From NCBI GenBank assembly GCA_040007375.1, contig JBDTVD010000002.1, forward strand, positions 1 to 38,888: 38,888 nt of DNA. Reading direction: 5' to 3'. Of the stretch, positions 19,349-27,694 are shown piece by piece; the first letter of the stretch is position 1; every line of letters begins with the position of its first letter. Origin of the DNA: Bacteroidota bacterium (GTDB lineage Bacteria; Bacteroidota; Bacteroidia; AKYH767-A; OLB10). The position numbers and the translations under genes are program-made. The notes beneath the pieces are model-generated. The model had not been told where the DNA came from. It saw nothing but the letters and a program-made list of their open reading frames with translations, and did no database searches.

Positions 19349-20658
19349 TGAAAGAGTTTCTGAAAAAAAATCAACAGTTTATTTTCCTCATGTTATCGTG
19401 GATGATAGCAGGGCATATTCTTAAGGAGCTGGCAATGGGAGTTGTTATTTTATCATTCATCCTGCTTAAATATAAAAACAGGTATGAAGAAATAATTATC
19501 GCATTCTGCTTTCTGTTATTGCTTTCTGATAACAGACATCATGAATATGATTTTGCAAAAGACACAAAGGATATCATACTGGTATTACTCAGTGTATTTG
19601 CATTATTCGATTCAAAACATTTCAGGGAGAAAAATATGTTCTTCTATCCTTTCGTACCGTTTATTGTACTTGGATTTATTATGACTTCACGCCATCCTGT
19701 TATATTACTTTCATTTCAGAAAACATTGTCGTATGCATTGATGTTTGCAGTGATACCCAATTATTTTACAAAAGTTTTTTCTGAAAGACCGGAAAACTTT
19801 CTGCGCATGTTCTTTTTCTTTTTTACGTTGGTATTGTTCACCGGTTTAACAATGACGATCTGGAATCCACACGATGCTTATCTCGTTGGTCGTTTCAATG
19901 GTATGCTGGGAAACCCGAATGGTGTTGGAACATATTGTACAGTACTTGCACTTTTTCTGGGTGCTGCAATGTATCATTTCCCAACTCTGTTTACACGGAA
20001 TGAACTCATCACTATCATCGGCTGTATTGCACTTTCTGTATTATTATCCGGTTCGCGTAATGCTATTTTTTCAATTCTGATGTATCTGTTCTTCCGCAGA
20101 TTTTATAAGATTTCTTATTACTACGGATTTGTAATTGTAATTGTAGCAGCATTATTATTTCAACTGGTAAGTCAGTTTCTACCAATTATTATTGTTGGGC
20201 TTGGATTAGGAGATTACTTACGCGTTGAACATCTTGATGATGGTTCAGGACGTTTGATTGCATGGAATTATGCATGGGAAGAAATACAACGCAACCTGCT
20301 TTTTGGTCGCGGGTTTTCTTATGATGAACATTATTTTATGCTGCATAAAGATGAACTCAGTGCACTCGGACATCAGGGTGGTGTGCATAACACTTATCTT
20401 TCTATATGGATGAATACAGGTATTGCAGGATTGATATTGTTTCTTACAGGATTACTTCGCAGCATCTTCAAAGCATCTGCTAATTGTTACCTGGCATTGC
20501 CTGCATTATTTGCCATTCTGTTTTCCATCAGCTTCGAATCATGGTTGATGGGTTCATTAAATCCATTTACCATCGTTGCTATTTTAACTATTACGCTGAT
20601 GCAGATAAAAATATCTACTCATGAACAGGAAGAAAAAAATAGTATTCCTGTACTTTGA
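19348..20658 (+). CDS. Wzy_C / O-antigen-ligase-family polytopic membrane protein (polymerase or O-oligosaccharyltransferase-like)
   Basis: 436 aa with about 10-12 hydrophobic helices. Has RFNGMLGNPNGVGTYC, SGSRNAIFS and a periplasmic loop with GSGRLIAWNYAWEE...GRGF, as in Wzy/WaaL/PglL-type proteins. The start overlaps the upstream stop (TGATG). Confidence 0.7.
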   Translation: MKEFLKKNQQFIFLMLSWMIAGHILKELAMGVVILSFILLKYKNRYEEIIIAFCFLLLLSDNRHHEYDFAKDTKDIILVLLSVFALFDSKHFREKNMFFYPFVPFIVLGFIMTSRHPVILLSFQKTLSYALMFAVIPNYFTKVFSERPENFLRMFFFFFTLVLFTGLTMTIWNPHDAYLVGRFNGMLGNPNGVGTYCTVLALFLGAAMYHFPTLFTRNELITIIGCIALSVLLSGSRNAIFSILMYLFFRRFYKISYYYGFVIVIVAALLFQLVSQFLPIIIVGLGLGDYLRVEHLDDGSGRLIAWNYAWEEIQRNLLFGRGFSYDEHYFMLHKDELSALGHQGGVHNTYLSIWMNTGIAGLILFLTGLLRSIFKASANCYLALPALFAILFSISFESWLMGSLNPFTIVAILTITLMQIKISTHEQEEKNSIPVL

Positions 20659-21682
20659 GCTTGCAGGATATTTCCTGGCATGTGTGGATCGTCTCATAGA
20701 AATGACAGATGCAGAAGTGCATATTGTTAAGTATCCTGTTAATTCAGTAGCACCATTTAAATTCAAAATAAATCCTGAAGTAAAATTTTACGATTCTGAA
20801 AAATATAACAGGGAAGAACTGATCAGTCTGCTGCATTCTATTTCTCCTGATCTTCTTTATGTGTGCGGATGGAGTAATAAAGATTATGTGGCTGCTGCAA
20901 AATCATTTGATAAAAAAATTCCTGTGCTTCTTACTTTTGATAATCCCTGGAGAGGAACCTTGAAACAATATATAGCAACTCTGATTGGTGGTTTTTATTT
21001 GAAAAGAATTTATACTCACTGCTGGGTTCCGGGTGAGCCGAATGCTGCTTATGCACGACGACTTGGTTTTAAAGGCAAACAATTAATGCAGGGAATGTAT
21101 TCTGCAGATGTAGATCTTTTTAAAAGTTATTATGAATCATTAAAAGAAAAGAAACAACAGAATTTTCCGCATCGTTTTCTGTTTGCAGGAAGATATACTG
21201 CATTGAAAGGCATCAGTGAACTATGGCAGGCATTTGTAGAGTTGCAGAATGAAATGCCGAACGACTGGGAATTGTGGTGTTTAGGAAAAGGTGAATTGCT
21301 TGATCAGTTTCCTGTGCATGAAAAGGTTAAGAATTTCGGATTTATACAACCTTCTGAAATGTATTATTACCTGGAGAATACAGGTGTGTTTCTGCTACCT
21401 TCACATTATGAACACTGGGGAGTTGCTGTGCATGAATTTGCTGCAGCAGGTTTTCCAATGATCTGCACAAATACTACAAGTGCAGCATCAGCGTTTCTGA
21501 AAGATGGTGTTAATGGATTTACAATTGAACCGTACAGTATGGATGCAATAAAGGAAGCGATGAAAAAAATTATTCATCTGAATGATGCTGATCTGAATAA
21601 AATGGCGGTGAATGGTGTAGCACTTTCAACTGTTATTACACCAACAACATGGTCGCAAACAATTATTGATTTACTAAACTAA
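20621..21682 (+). CDS. Family 4 glycosyltransferase
   Basis: FAGRYTALKGI and an E-x7-E-like HYEHWGVAVHEFAAAGFPMICTN. 38-nt overlap with the upstream gene. Confidence 0.7.
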   Translation: MNRKKKIVFLYFELAGYFLACVDRLIEMTDAEVHIVKYPVNSVAPFKFKINPEVKFYDSEKYNREELISLLHSISPDLLYVCGWSNKDYVAAAKSFDKKIPVLLTFDNPWRGTLKQYIATLIGGFYLKRIYTHCWVPGEPNAAYARRLGFKGKQLMQGMYSADVDLFKSYYESLKEKKQQNFPHRFLFAGRYTALKGISELWQAFVELQNEMPNDWELWCLGKGELLDQFPVHEKVKNFGFIQPSEMYYYLENTGVFLLPSHYEHWGVAVHEFAAAGFPMICTNTTSAASAFLKDGVNGFTIEPYSMDAIKEAMKKIIHLNDADLNKMAVNGVALSTVITPTTWSQTIIDLLN

Positions 21683-21688
21683 AATGCT

Positions 21689-23563
21689 ATGTGTGGTATA
21701 AGCGGAATTTACGGACTGAGAGATAAAACGAAAGCAACTGCAATTGTTCAGAAGATGAATGACTGCATTGCACATCGTGGTCCTGATGATGATGGATTTT
21801 ATGTGGATGATGTGGTAGCATTAGGTCATCGTCGTCTTGCAATTCTTGATTTAAGTCCTGCCGGACATCAGCCCATGCATGATGCTGATGAAAACCTGGA
21901 AATTATTTTCAATGGTGAAGTATATAATTTTCTTTCTATACAAAAACTGATTCCTGAATATCAGTTTAAAACAAGAAGTGATACAGAAGTAATTCTTGCT
22001 GCTTATCGTAAATGGGGAAAAGAATGTCTGCATTATTTCAATGGCATGTTTGCCTTTGCAATCTGGGATAAACAAAAGCAGGAACTTTTTATTGCACGTG
22101 ACAGACTTGGAATTAAACCACTTTATTATAATTATAAAGATGGTGTTTTATTATTTGCATCCGAAGTGCGTGCATTGCTGGAAAGTAATCTGGTGCCAAG
22201 AAAAATTAATAAAGAAGCACTGCCTGATTATTTTACTTACCAGACTGTTCATGCTCCTGCAACTTTAATTAAAGATGTATGGATGCTGATGCCTGGTCAT
22301 CATGCTACTATTAATACCAGTGGAATGAAGATTGAAAAATGGTGGAGTCCGAAAGATAATTACAGTCATGAGTCGGAAGGAAAAACATATAAGCAGGTTT
22401 GTGATGATATATATAATCTGCTGGCACAGTCAGTAGAATTACGATTGATCAGTGATGTTCCTTTTGGGGCATTTTTAAGTGGAGGAATTGACTCCAGTGC
22501 CATCGTTGGATTAATGAGTCGTGTGCAGAAGCAACCTGTGAAAACATTTACCATTGTATTTGATGAAGAGCAATACAGTGAAGCTCCTTATGCACGACAG
22601 GTATCAGAACTTTTTAAAACAGATCATCATGAATTCCGTTTAACACCGGATGATTTTCTTAAAGAATTACCTGTTGCTATGGATGCATTAGATCATCCAA
22701 GTGGTGACGGACCGAATTCATATATAGTATCACGCATTACCCGTGAGAATGGAATTACCATGGCATTAAGTGGTTTGGGTGGTGATGAATTATTTGCAGG
22801 CTATCCTGTATTTAACAGATCACTGCAGATTGAATCGCAACGGTGGCTGTGGAAGATGCCTTCTGCATTAAGGAAAATGGCTGGTGTTGTTTACAGCAAT
22901 ATCAAACCCGGAATAACAGCAACAAAAACATTACAACTTCTGGAATTGGAAAACGGTGAACTGGAAAATACATTTCCTTTATCACGACAGGTAGGAAATC
23001 CTGATGTGTTGCGTGCATTACTTTCTTCCAACTATCATTCAACAGATGAAATAAAAAGAATTCTTAAGACGGAGATAAATGGTAAAGCAGTAAAACTTCC
23101 TTTATTAAGTCAGGTCAGCATTGCAGAAATTACTTCTTACATGCAGAATGTTTTGCTTCGTGATACAGACCAGATGAGTATGGCTGTTGCACTGGAAGTA
23201 CGAGTTCCTTTTCTTGATTATAAACTGGTGGAATATGTATTGGGTGTAAAAGATGAATTTAAAAAACCATTGTTCCCGAAAAAATTATTAGTTGATAGTC
23301 TGAATGGATTATTACCTGATTCAATTGTGCATCGTAAAAAAATGGGATTTGTTTTTCCCTGGGAAGTATGGTTGAAAAATGAATTACGTCCGTTATGTGA
23401 CAGCAGAATACAATCACTTGCAGAACGTAATATTGTTAATGGTGATGTGCTTCGTGATTTATGGAAACGTTTTTTACAGAATGATAAAAATGTACGCTGG
23501 CTCGACATCTGGCTTTGCGTAGTGCTGGAACACTGGATGGAGAAAAATAATATCACAGAATAA
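21689..23563 (+). CDS. Asparagine synthase (glutamine-hydrolysing) family amidotransferase
   Basis: 624 aa with the N-terminal nucleophile MCGISGIYG, an HRGPDD Ntn-amidotransferase domain and the PP-loop SGGIDSS. Confidence 0.9.
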   Translation: MCGISGIYGLRDKTKATAIVQKMNDCIAHRGPDDDGFYVDDVVALGHRRLAILDLSPAGHQPMHDADENLEIIFNGEVYNFLSIQKLIPEYQFKTRSDTEVILAAYRKWGKECLHYFNGMFAFAIWDKQKQELFIARDRLGIKPLYYNYKDGVLLFASEVRALLESNLVPRKINKEALPDYFTYQTVHAPATLIKDVWMLMPGHHATINTSGMKIEKWWSPKDNYSHESEGKTYKQVCDDIYNLLAQSVELRLISDVPFGAFLSGGIDSSAIVGLMSRVQKQPVKTFTIVFDEEQYSEAPYARQVSELFKTDHHEFRLTPDDFLKELPVAMDALDHPSGDGPNSYIVSRITRENGITMALSGLGGDELFAGYPVFNRSLQIESQRWLWKMPSALRKMAGVVYSNIKPGITATKTLQLLELENGELENTFPLSRQVGNPDVLRALLSSNYHSTDEIKRILKTEINGKAVKLPLLSQVSIAEITSYMQNVLLRDTDQMSMAVALEVRVPFLDYKLVEYVLGVKDEFKKPLFPKKLLVDSLNGLLPDSIVHRKKMGFVFPWEVWLKNELRPLCDSRIQSLAERNIVNGDVLRDLWKRFLQNDKNVRWLDIWLCVVLEHWMEKNNITE

Positions 23564-23565
23564 CG

Positions 23566-24714
23566 GTGGGTCAGAAAAAAATTGTTGTTCTCATCGACTG
23601 GTATCTTCCCGGTTATAAAGCCGGCGGACCGATACAGTCTGTTGCCAATATAGTGCAGCATTTAAAAACGGATTATGATATTGCAGTAATCACAACAGAT
23701 ACTGATCTGCATGAAACCACATCTTACTCAGCAGTAGAAAGTAATAAATGGACAGTTGCTCCTGATGGAACACGCACCTACTACTTTTCAAAATCTGCAT
23801 TGAATTTCGGTAATCTTAAAAAAATCATCCTTGGTGAGAGAGCTGACTTTATATATATCAACAGTTTGTTTTCCGTCAACTTCACCATACTTCCTTTACT
23901 GATCCGGAAATTATTTCTTCCCAACCGTAAAGTAGTTTTAGCACCAAGAGGCATGTTGGGAAAAGGTGCATTAAACATCAAACCAGGAAAGAAAAAAATA
24001 TTTCTATCAGCATCACGACTATTCGGCTTATTCAAAAACATTACCTGGCATGCATCTACCATTCTTGAAGAAGAAGAAATTAAAAGTGCATTTGGAAGTA
24101 ATTCAAAAGTGATCACTGCAGTAAATCTTACATCATCAAGAACACTGCAATTCATTTCAAAACCAAAAGAAGTAAATCAATGTAAGCTGGTATTTATATC
24201 ACGCATTGCATCAAAGAAAAATATATTACCAGTATTGCGTGCATTGTATAGATTGCCTGATTCTATGAATGTGGATTTTGATATATATGGTCCCATTGAT
24301 GAAGCTGATTACTGGAAACAATGTGAAGCAGTGATTCAACAGGCTCCCGGAAATATTAAAATCAATTATAAAGGACCTGTAGAAAATGCTCAGGTGCATG
24401 ATGTATTAACGAATTATCATTTCTCCGTTCTGTACACACAACATGAAAATTTTGGTCATTCTATTATTGAAGGAATGGCAGCAGGATGTCCGGCAATTAT
24501 CAGCGACCAGACACCGTGGCGAAATCTTGCAGAACAGAATGCAGGATGGGATGTGCCGGTAGATAATGAAAAAGCATTGCAACCGGTATTCACAGAAGCC
24601 TGTTTGATGAATCAGAATACTTATGACGAATGGAGCCGTGCAGCACTTACCTTTGCCTCCGGTATTATTAATGATGAAAAAGCATTAACTGCAAATAAAT
24701 CATTGTTCCAATGA
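23566..24714 (+). CDS. Family 4 glycosyltransferase
   Basis: GTG start 3 nt after the previous stop. Has WYLPGYKAGGPIQS and the E-x7-E block HENFGHSIIEGMAAGCPAIISD. Confidence 0.7.
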   Translation: MGQKKIVVLIDWYLPGYKAGGPIQSVANIVQHLKTDYDIAVITTDTDLHETTSYSAVESNKWTVAPDGTRTYYFSKSALNFGNLKKIILGERADFIYINSLFSVNFTILPLLIRKLFLPNRKVVLAPRGMLGKGALNIKPGKKKIFLSASRLFGLFKNITWHASTILEEEEIKSAFGSNSKVITAVNLTSSRTLQFISKPKEVNQCKLVFISRIASKKNILPVLRALYRLPDSMNVDFDIYGPIDEADYWKQCEAVIQQAPGNIKINYKGPVENAQVHDVLTNYHFSVLYTQHENFGHSIIEGMAAGCPAIISDQTPWRNLAEQNAGWDVPVDNEKALQPVFTEACLMNQNTYDEWSRAALTFASGIINDEKALTANKSLFQ

Positions 24715-25286
24715 GTGAGACACAAACGAAAATGCAGCATAAAACCGATCTGAGTTTGTACAACAACAGTTGGTTTAAACCTGGTGCAGGAAAACTGAAG
24801 CAGGTGATGTGGTATTTTACCAACGTGTTATTTTTTATAAATCCGTTAAATCCATCCAGTGGCATAAAAGTTTTTCTGTTACGTTTATTCAGTGCACAAA
24901 TAGGTAAAGGTGTTGTGATAAAACCATCAGTAAATATTAAATATCCCTGGAAACTGAAAGTTGGTGATCATTCCTGGATTGGCGAGAAAGTGTGGATTGA
25001 TAATCTTGCTGAAGTGGAAATTGCTTCGAACTGCTGTATCAGTCAGGGTGCCATGTTACTTACAGGCAATCATAACTTCCGCAAAACCACATTCGATTTA
25101 ATAACGAAGGGAATTATACTGGAAGAAGGTGCATGGATTGGTGCATTTGCTATTGTTTGTCCGGGAGTAACGGTAATGTCGCATGCAGTGCTTGCAGTAA
25201 ACTCCGTTGCAACTGAAACATTGCAGCCCTATTCTGTGTATAAAGGAAATCCTGCCCTTCTCATCCGCGAAAGAATAATTGATTAA
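24711..25286 (+). CDS. Hexapeptide-repeat O-acetyltransferase (WcaF-like)
   Basis: 191 aa with left-handed beta-helix repeats (IGEKVWIDNLAEVEIASNCCISQGAMLL...GAWIGAFAIVCPGVTVMSHAVLAVNSV). The N-terminal layout resembles colanic-acid WcaF. Confidence 0.8.
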   Translation: MSETQTKMQHKTDLSLYNNSWFKPGAGKLKQVMWYFTNVLFFINPLNPSSGIKVFLLRLFSAQIGKGVVIKPSVNIKYPWKLKVGDHSWIGEKVWIDNLAEVEIASNCCISQGAMLLTGNHNFRKTTFDLITKGIILEEGAWIGAFAIVCPGVTVMSHAVLAVNSVATETLQPYSVYKGNPALLIRERIID

Positions 25287-25305
25287 AACTCTGAACACAA
25301 ATTTT

Positions 25306-26079
25306 ATGAAAGTATCTATCATCACCATCACATATAACAGCGCACAGACTTTAGAGGATACACTACGCACAGTTGTGGAGCAGGATTATCCGAACCTGGA
25401 GTATCTTATTGTTGATGGAAAATCAAAAGACAATACCTTAAAGATTGTAGATAAATATAAAGACCGCATTACAAAAATTGTTTCTGAAAAAGACAAAGGT
25501 CTTTATGATGCATTGAATAAAGGAATCAAATTAGCAACAGGTGATATTGTGGGCATGTTGCATTCTGATGATTTATATGCACACAACAAAGTACTAAGTC
25601 GTATTGTAAAAAAGTTTGAAGAAGATCCAACTGTTGAAGGTGTATATGCTGATCTTGTTTTTGTAAACAGGAATGATGTAAACAAACCAATGCGTGTATG
25701 GGAATCCGGTGAATATAAAGAGGATTCATTTTTACAGGGATGGATGCCACCACATCCAACATTTTTTGTGCGTAAAGAAGTGTATGAAAAATTTGGTGGA
25801 TTTAATACAGGATTAAAATTATCTGCTGACTATGAATTAATGCTTCGGTTGATTCATAAAAATAAAATCAAAATTGCTTACCTGAAAGAAACCATTGTAA
25901 AGATGAGAATGGGTGGTGTGAGTAACGTTAGTTTTTTTGTAAAACTGAAAGCCAACCTGGAAGATAAAATGGCGTGGAAATTAAACGGACTGAAACCAAA
26001 ATTCGGAACGATGTTAATGAAACCACTCCGTAAAATCGGGCAATATTTTAAGAGAGCTTATACTGCTTTGTTTTTGTAG
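25306..26079 (+). CDS. Family 2 glycosyltransferase
   Basis: Track ORF begins at TTG 25279. ATG 25306 gives MKVSIITITYNSAQTLEDTLRTVVEQDYPNLEYLIVDGKSKDNT, followed by HSDD (DxD-like). Last gene of the co-directional block. Confidence 0.8.
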   Translation: MKVSIITITYNSAQTLEDTLRTVVEQDYPNLEYLIVDGKSKDNTLKIVDKYKDRITKIVSEKDKGLYDALNKGIKLATGDIVGMLHSDDLYAHNKVLSRIVKKFEEDPTVEGVYADLVFVNRNDVNKPMRVWESGEYKEDSFLQGWMPPHPTFFVRKEVYEKFGGFNTGLKLSADYELMLRLIHKNKIKIAYLKETIVKMRMGGVSNVSFFVKLKANLEDKMAWKLNGLKPKFGTMLMKPLRKIGQYFKRAYTALFL

Positions 26080-26080
26080 C

Positions 26081-26111
26081 TAGTATCTAGTATCAAGACA
26101 TAAGTATCAAG
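26081..26111. repeat. Short tandem repeat (t)agtatc(aag) x3 just after the last GT2 stop
   Basis: tagtatc tagtatcaag aca taagtatcaag, read directly from the sequence. Confidence 0.7.
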
Positions 26112-26140
26112 TATTGAAATTCTTTTTCGGAGAAAAATAT

Positions 26141-26168
26141 TTTACGATAGAAAAATGCTATTCGTAAA
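26141..26168. terminator. AT-rich hairpin between convergent genes (possible bidirectional terminator)
   Basis: tttacgatag-aaaaatg-ctattcgtaaa forms about 10 bp of stem with one bulged T. It sits between the GT2 stop (26079) and the beta-barrel gene stop (26194). There is no clean U-tract. Confidence 0.3.
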
Positions 26169-26192
26169 TTCGTACAGATTCGTATTTCGTAG
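26161..26192. repeat. Four TTCGTA units at 7-10 bp spacing
   Basis: ttcgtaaa ttcgtacaga ttcgtat ttcgtag. An inverted tacga lies just upstream at 26143-26147. Confidence 0.7.
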
Positions 26193-26193
26193 T

Positions 26194-27105
26194 TTACCAG
26201 CCTCCTTCCTTCGGAGCTTTATGTTTTTTCACGATGGTAAAAACGCGTGATATATTAAATCCAAAATGAATATCCCCTTTCTCCCACTTACCATCCGTTT
26301 CTGTTGTTAATACTCTTTCATTCATACCTAATGCATTGGTGAAGTGTAATTGAAATACGTGTCCTCCGGTTTCTATATCAACACCAAGAGATAATGGCAT
26401 TTGAATATTATCATTTAACTGGTTTGGCAACTGATAAAAATAATCTGCTGTTAATGCAAAACGTTTTGTCAGCTTCACTCTTGCTCCCACTCCAACGGAA
26501 TATATATCATGATTATCATCAGCAGTCTGTACAAGATTATTATGCACCATTGTGGGTGAAACCTGTAAAGAAAAAGCATCAGAGAATTTTCTTCCGATAA
26601 TCACCTGGTTAAAAAATGCCAGTCGTGAGGAATAATAATTAGTACGTTCCGGATCATCAAACTTCATCATGTTATCTGTCATCCCGGTTACCAGAACAAC
26701 AGAAAACGGAATAGCTTTTTCACCTGTCGACTGCCAGATCAAACGGTATTTTGCAAAAACATCCACTTCTTTTTTATAAGAACTTCTGCCAATACCAATC
26801 ATCAATCGCTTTGTAATACCATAATCAAAACCAATACGTATACGTGCTTCATCCAGACCGAATGCCTGATAAGAACCTGTGTTAACTCTACCGAAGCGAT
26901 GCAGTATCCGGAAATCAAGTACTCCGGCACCGAGAAATTCCAGCGACTGACTGCTGATCACACGCGTTGATTTAAACGCATTCTTCACATATTCCTTTGT
27001 TGGTTCATCCTTGCCCAGCTGATCCAGCAGATCCTTTTCCTGTGCATGAGCACTGTTGAAGGATGCAATAAGAAAAAGCAGTATATATATTAGTTGTTTA
27101 TTCAT
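26194..27105 (-). CDS. Outer-membrane beta-barrel protein, DUF5777-like
   Basis: Signal peptide MNKQLIYILLFLIASFNSAHAQ. Has an ILHRFGRVN motif and many alternating hydrophobic beta-strand-like segments (e.g. VFQLHFTNALG, IHFGFNISRVF). The family name is recalled from similar Bacteroidota proteins and was not searched. Confidence 0.5.
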   Translation of the reverse strand: MNKQLIYILLFLIASFNSAHAQEKDLLDQLGKDEPTKEYVKNAFKSTRVISSQSLEFLGAGVLDFRILHRFGRVNTGSYQAFGLDEARIRIGFDYGITKRLMIGIGRSSYKKEVDVFAKYRLIWQSTGEKAIPFSVVLVTGMTDNMMKFDDPERTNYYSSRLAFFNQVIIGRKFSDAFSLQVSPTMVHNNLVQTADDNHDIYSVGVGARVKLTKRFALTADYFYQLPNQLNDNIQMPLSLGVDIETGGHVFQLHFTNALGMNERVLTTETDGKWEKGDIHFGFNISRVFTIVKKHKAPKEGGW

Positions 27106-27115
27106 AAAGGTGGTG

Positions 27116-27670
27116 TTACAGGCTCATCTTTTCGTAAGCAGCAATGATATCAATTTTCACCGACTTGGAAATATTATCCTTCACCACATTAGGAACAACA
27201 ATATTATAGTCAGCCAGTAGAATTGTAAATGATGCTTTGCCTGTTGGCTTTCCTCCTTTCACTTCAATAGTTCCATCAGTTAAAACTTCTTTAGTAACTC
27301 CATGTAAAGTAAACTGACCCTTTAATTTTATTGGGTAAACACCGTCTTTCTGAAAATTAACAGCAGAAATATCATCAACTGTCCCTTTAAATGTTGACTT
27401 AGGATATTTATCTGACTCCACATAGTTTTCATTAAAGTGTTCCATCATTAATTCCTTTTCAAACTCAAATGCTTTTAACAACACTGCAAATTCCAACTGA
27501 CCGGTTTTTGTATCCAGCACACTGGTACCTTTTGTGTTTACCGCTTCAATATTCTCCATATCTGATTTTGAAAAAAAAGTAACCTTACCTGAACGGGTAA
27601 AAAATTTATCCTGCGCATTCACAGTAGCAGCAGCAAGCAACAGACAAACAACAACAACAATATTTTTCAT
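27116..27670 (-). CDS. YceI-family (polyisoprenoid/lipid-binding lipocalin-like) periplasmic protein
   Basis: Signal peptide MKNIVVVVCLLLAAATVNAQ. YceI blocks HFNENYVESDKYPKSTFKG and FTLHGVTKEV are present. Confidence 0.8.
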   Translation of the reverse strand: MKNIVVVVCLLLAAATVNAQDKFFTRSGKVTFFSKSDMENIEAVNTKGTSVLDTKTGQLEFAVLLKAFEFEKELMMEHFNENYVESDKYPKSTFKGTVDDISAVNFQKDGVYPIKLKGQFTLHGVTKEVLTDGTIEVKGGKPTGKASFTILLADYNIVVPNVVKDNISKSVKIDIIAAYEKMSL

Positions 27671-27694
27671 AGTATAAATTATTTTAGTATTTAT

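Noticed and set aside
19348-20658. Exosortase (EpsH/XrtF-like) candidate, considered because the locus carries the FemAB/AsnB/deacetylase trio
   Set aside because: The motifs NPNGVG and SGSRNA, plus the large periplasmic loop, fit Wzy_C/O-antigen-ligase proteins. I did not recognise an exosortase-like Cys/Arg/His motif pattern. No PEP-CTERM-type sorting signals are visible in the window.
23218-23661. 147-aa minus-strand ORF spanning the asnB-like/GT4 junction; similar antisense ORFs occur at 15449-15826, 23781-24155, 36190-36525 and 9678-9998
   Set aside because: All lie antisense to genes with strong family motifs and have junk-like composition. They are treated as shadow ORFs.
4457-26079. 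Sulfotransferase hidden among the glycan-locus ORFs, which would link the locus directly to the PAPS operon
   Set aside because: No ORF shows a PAPS-binding 5'-PSB-type loop (PKxG[ST][ST]) or a sulfotransferase-like layout. All ORFs have better assignments. The link to sulfation therefore remains an unproven inference.
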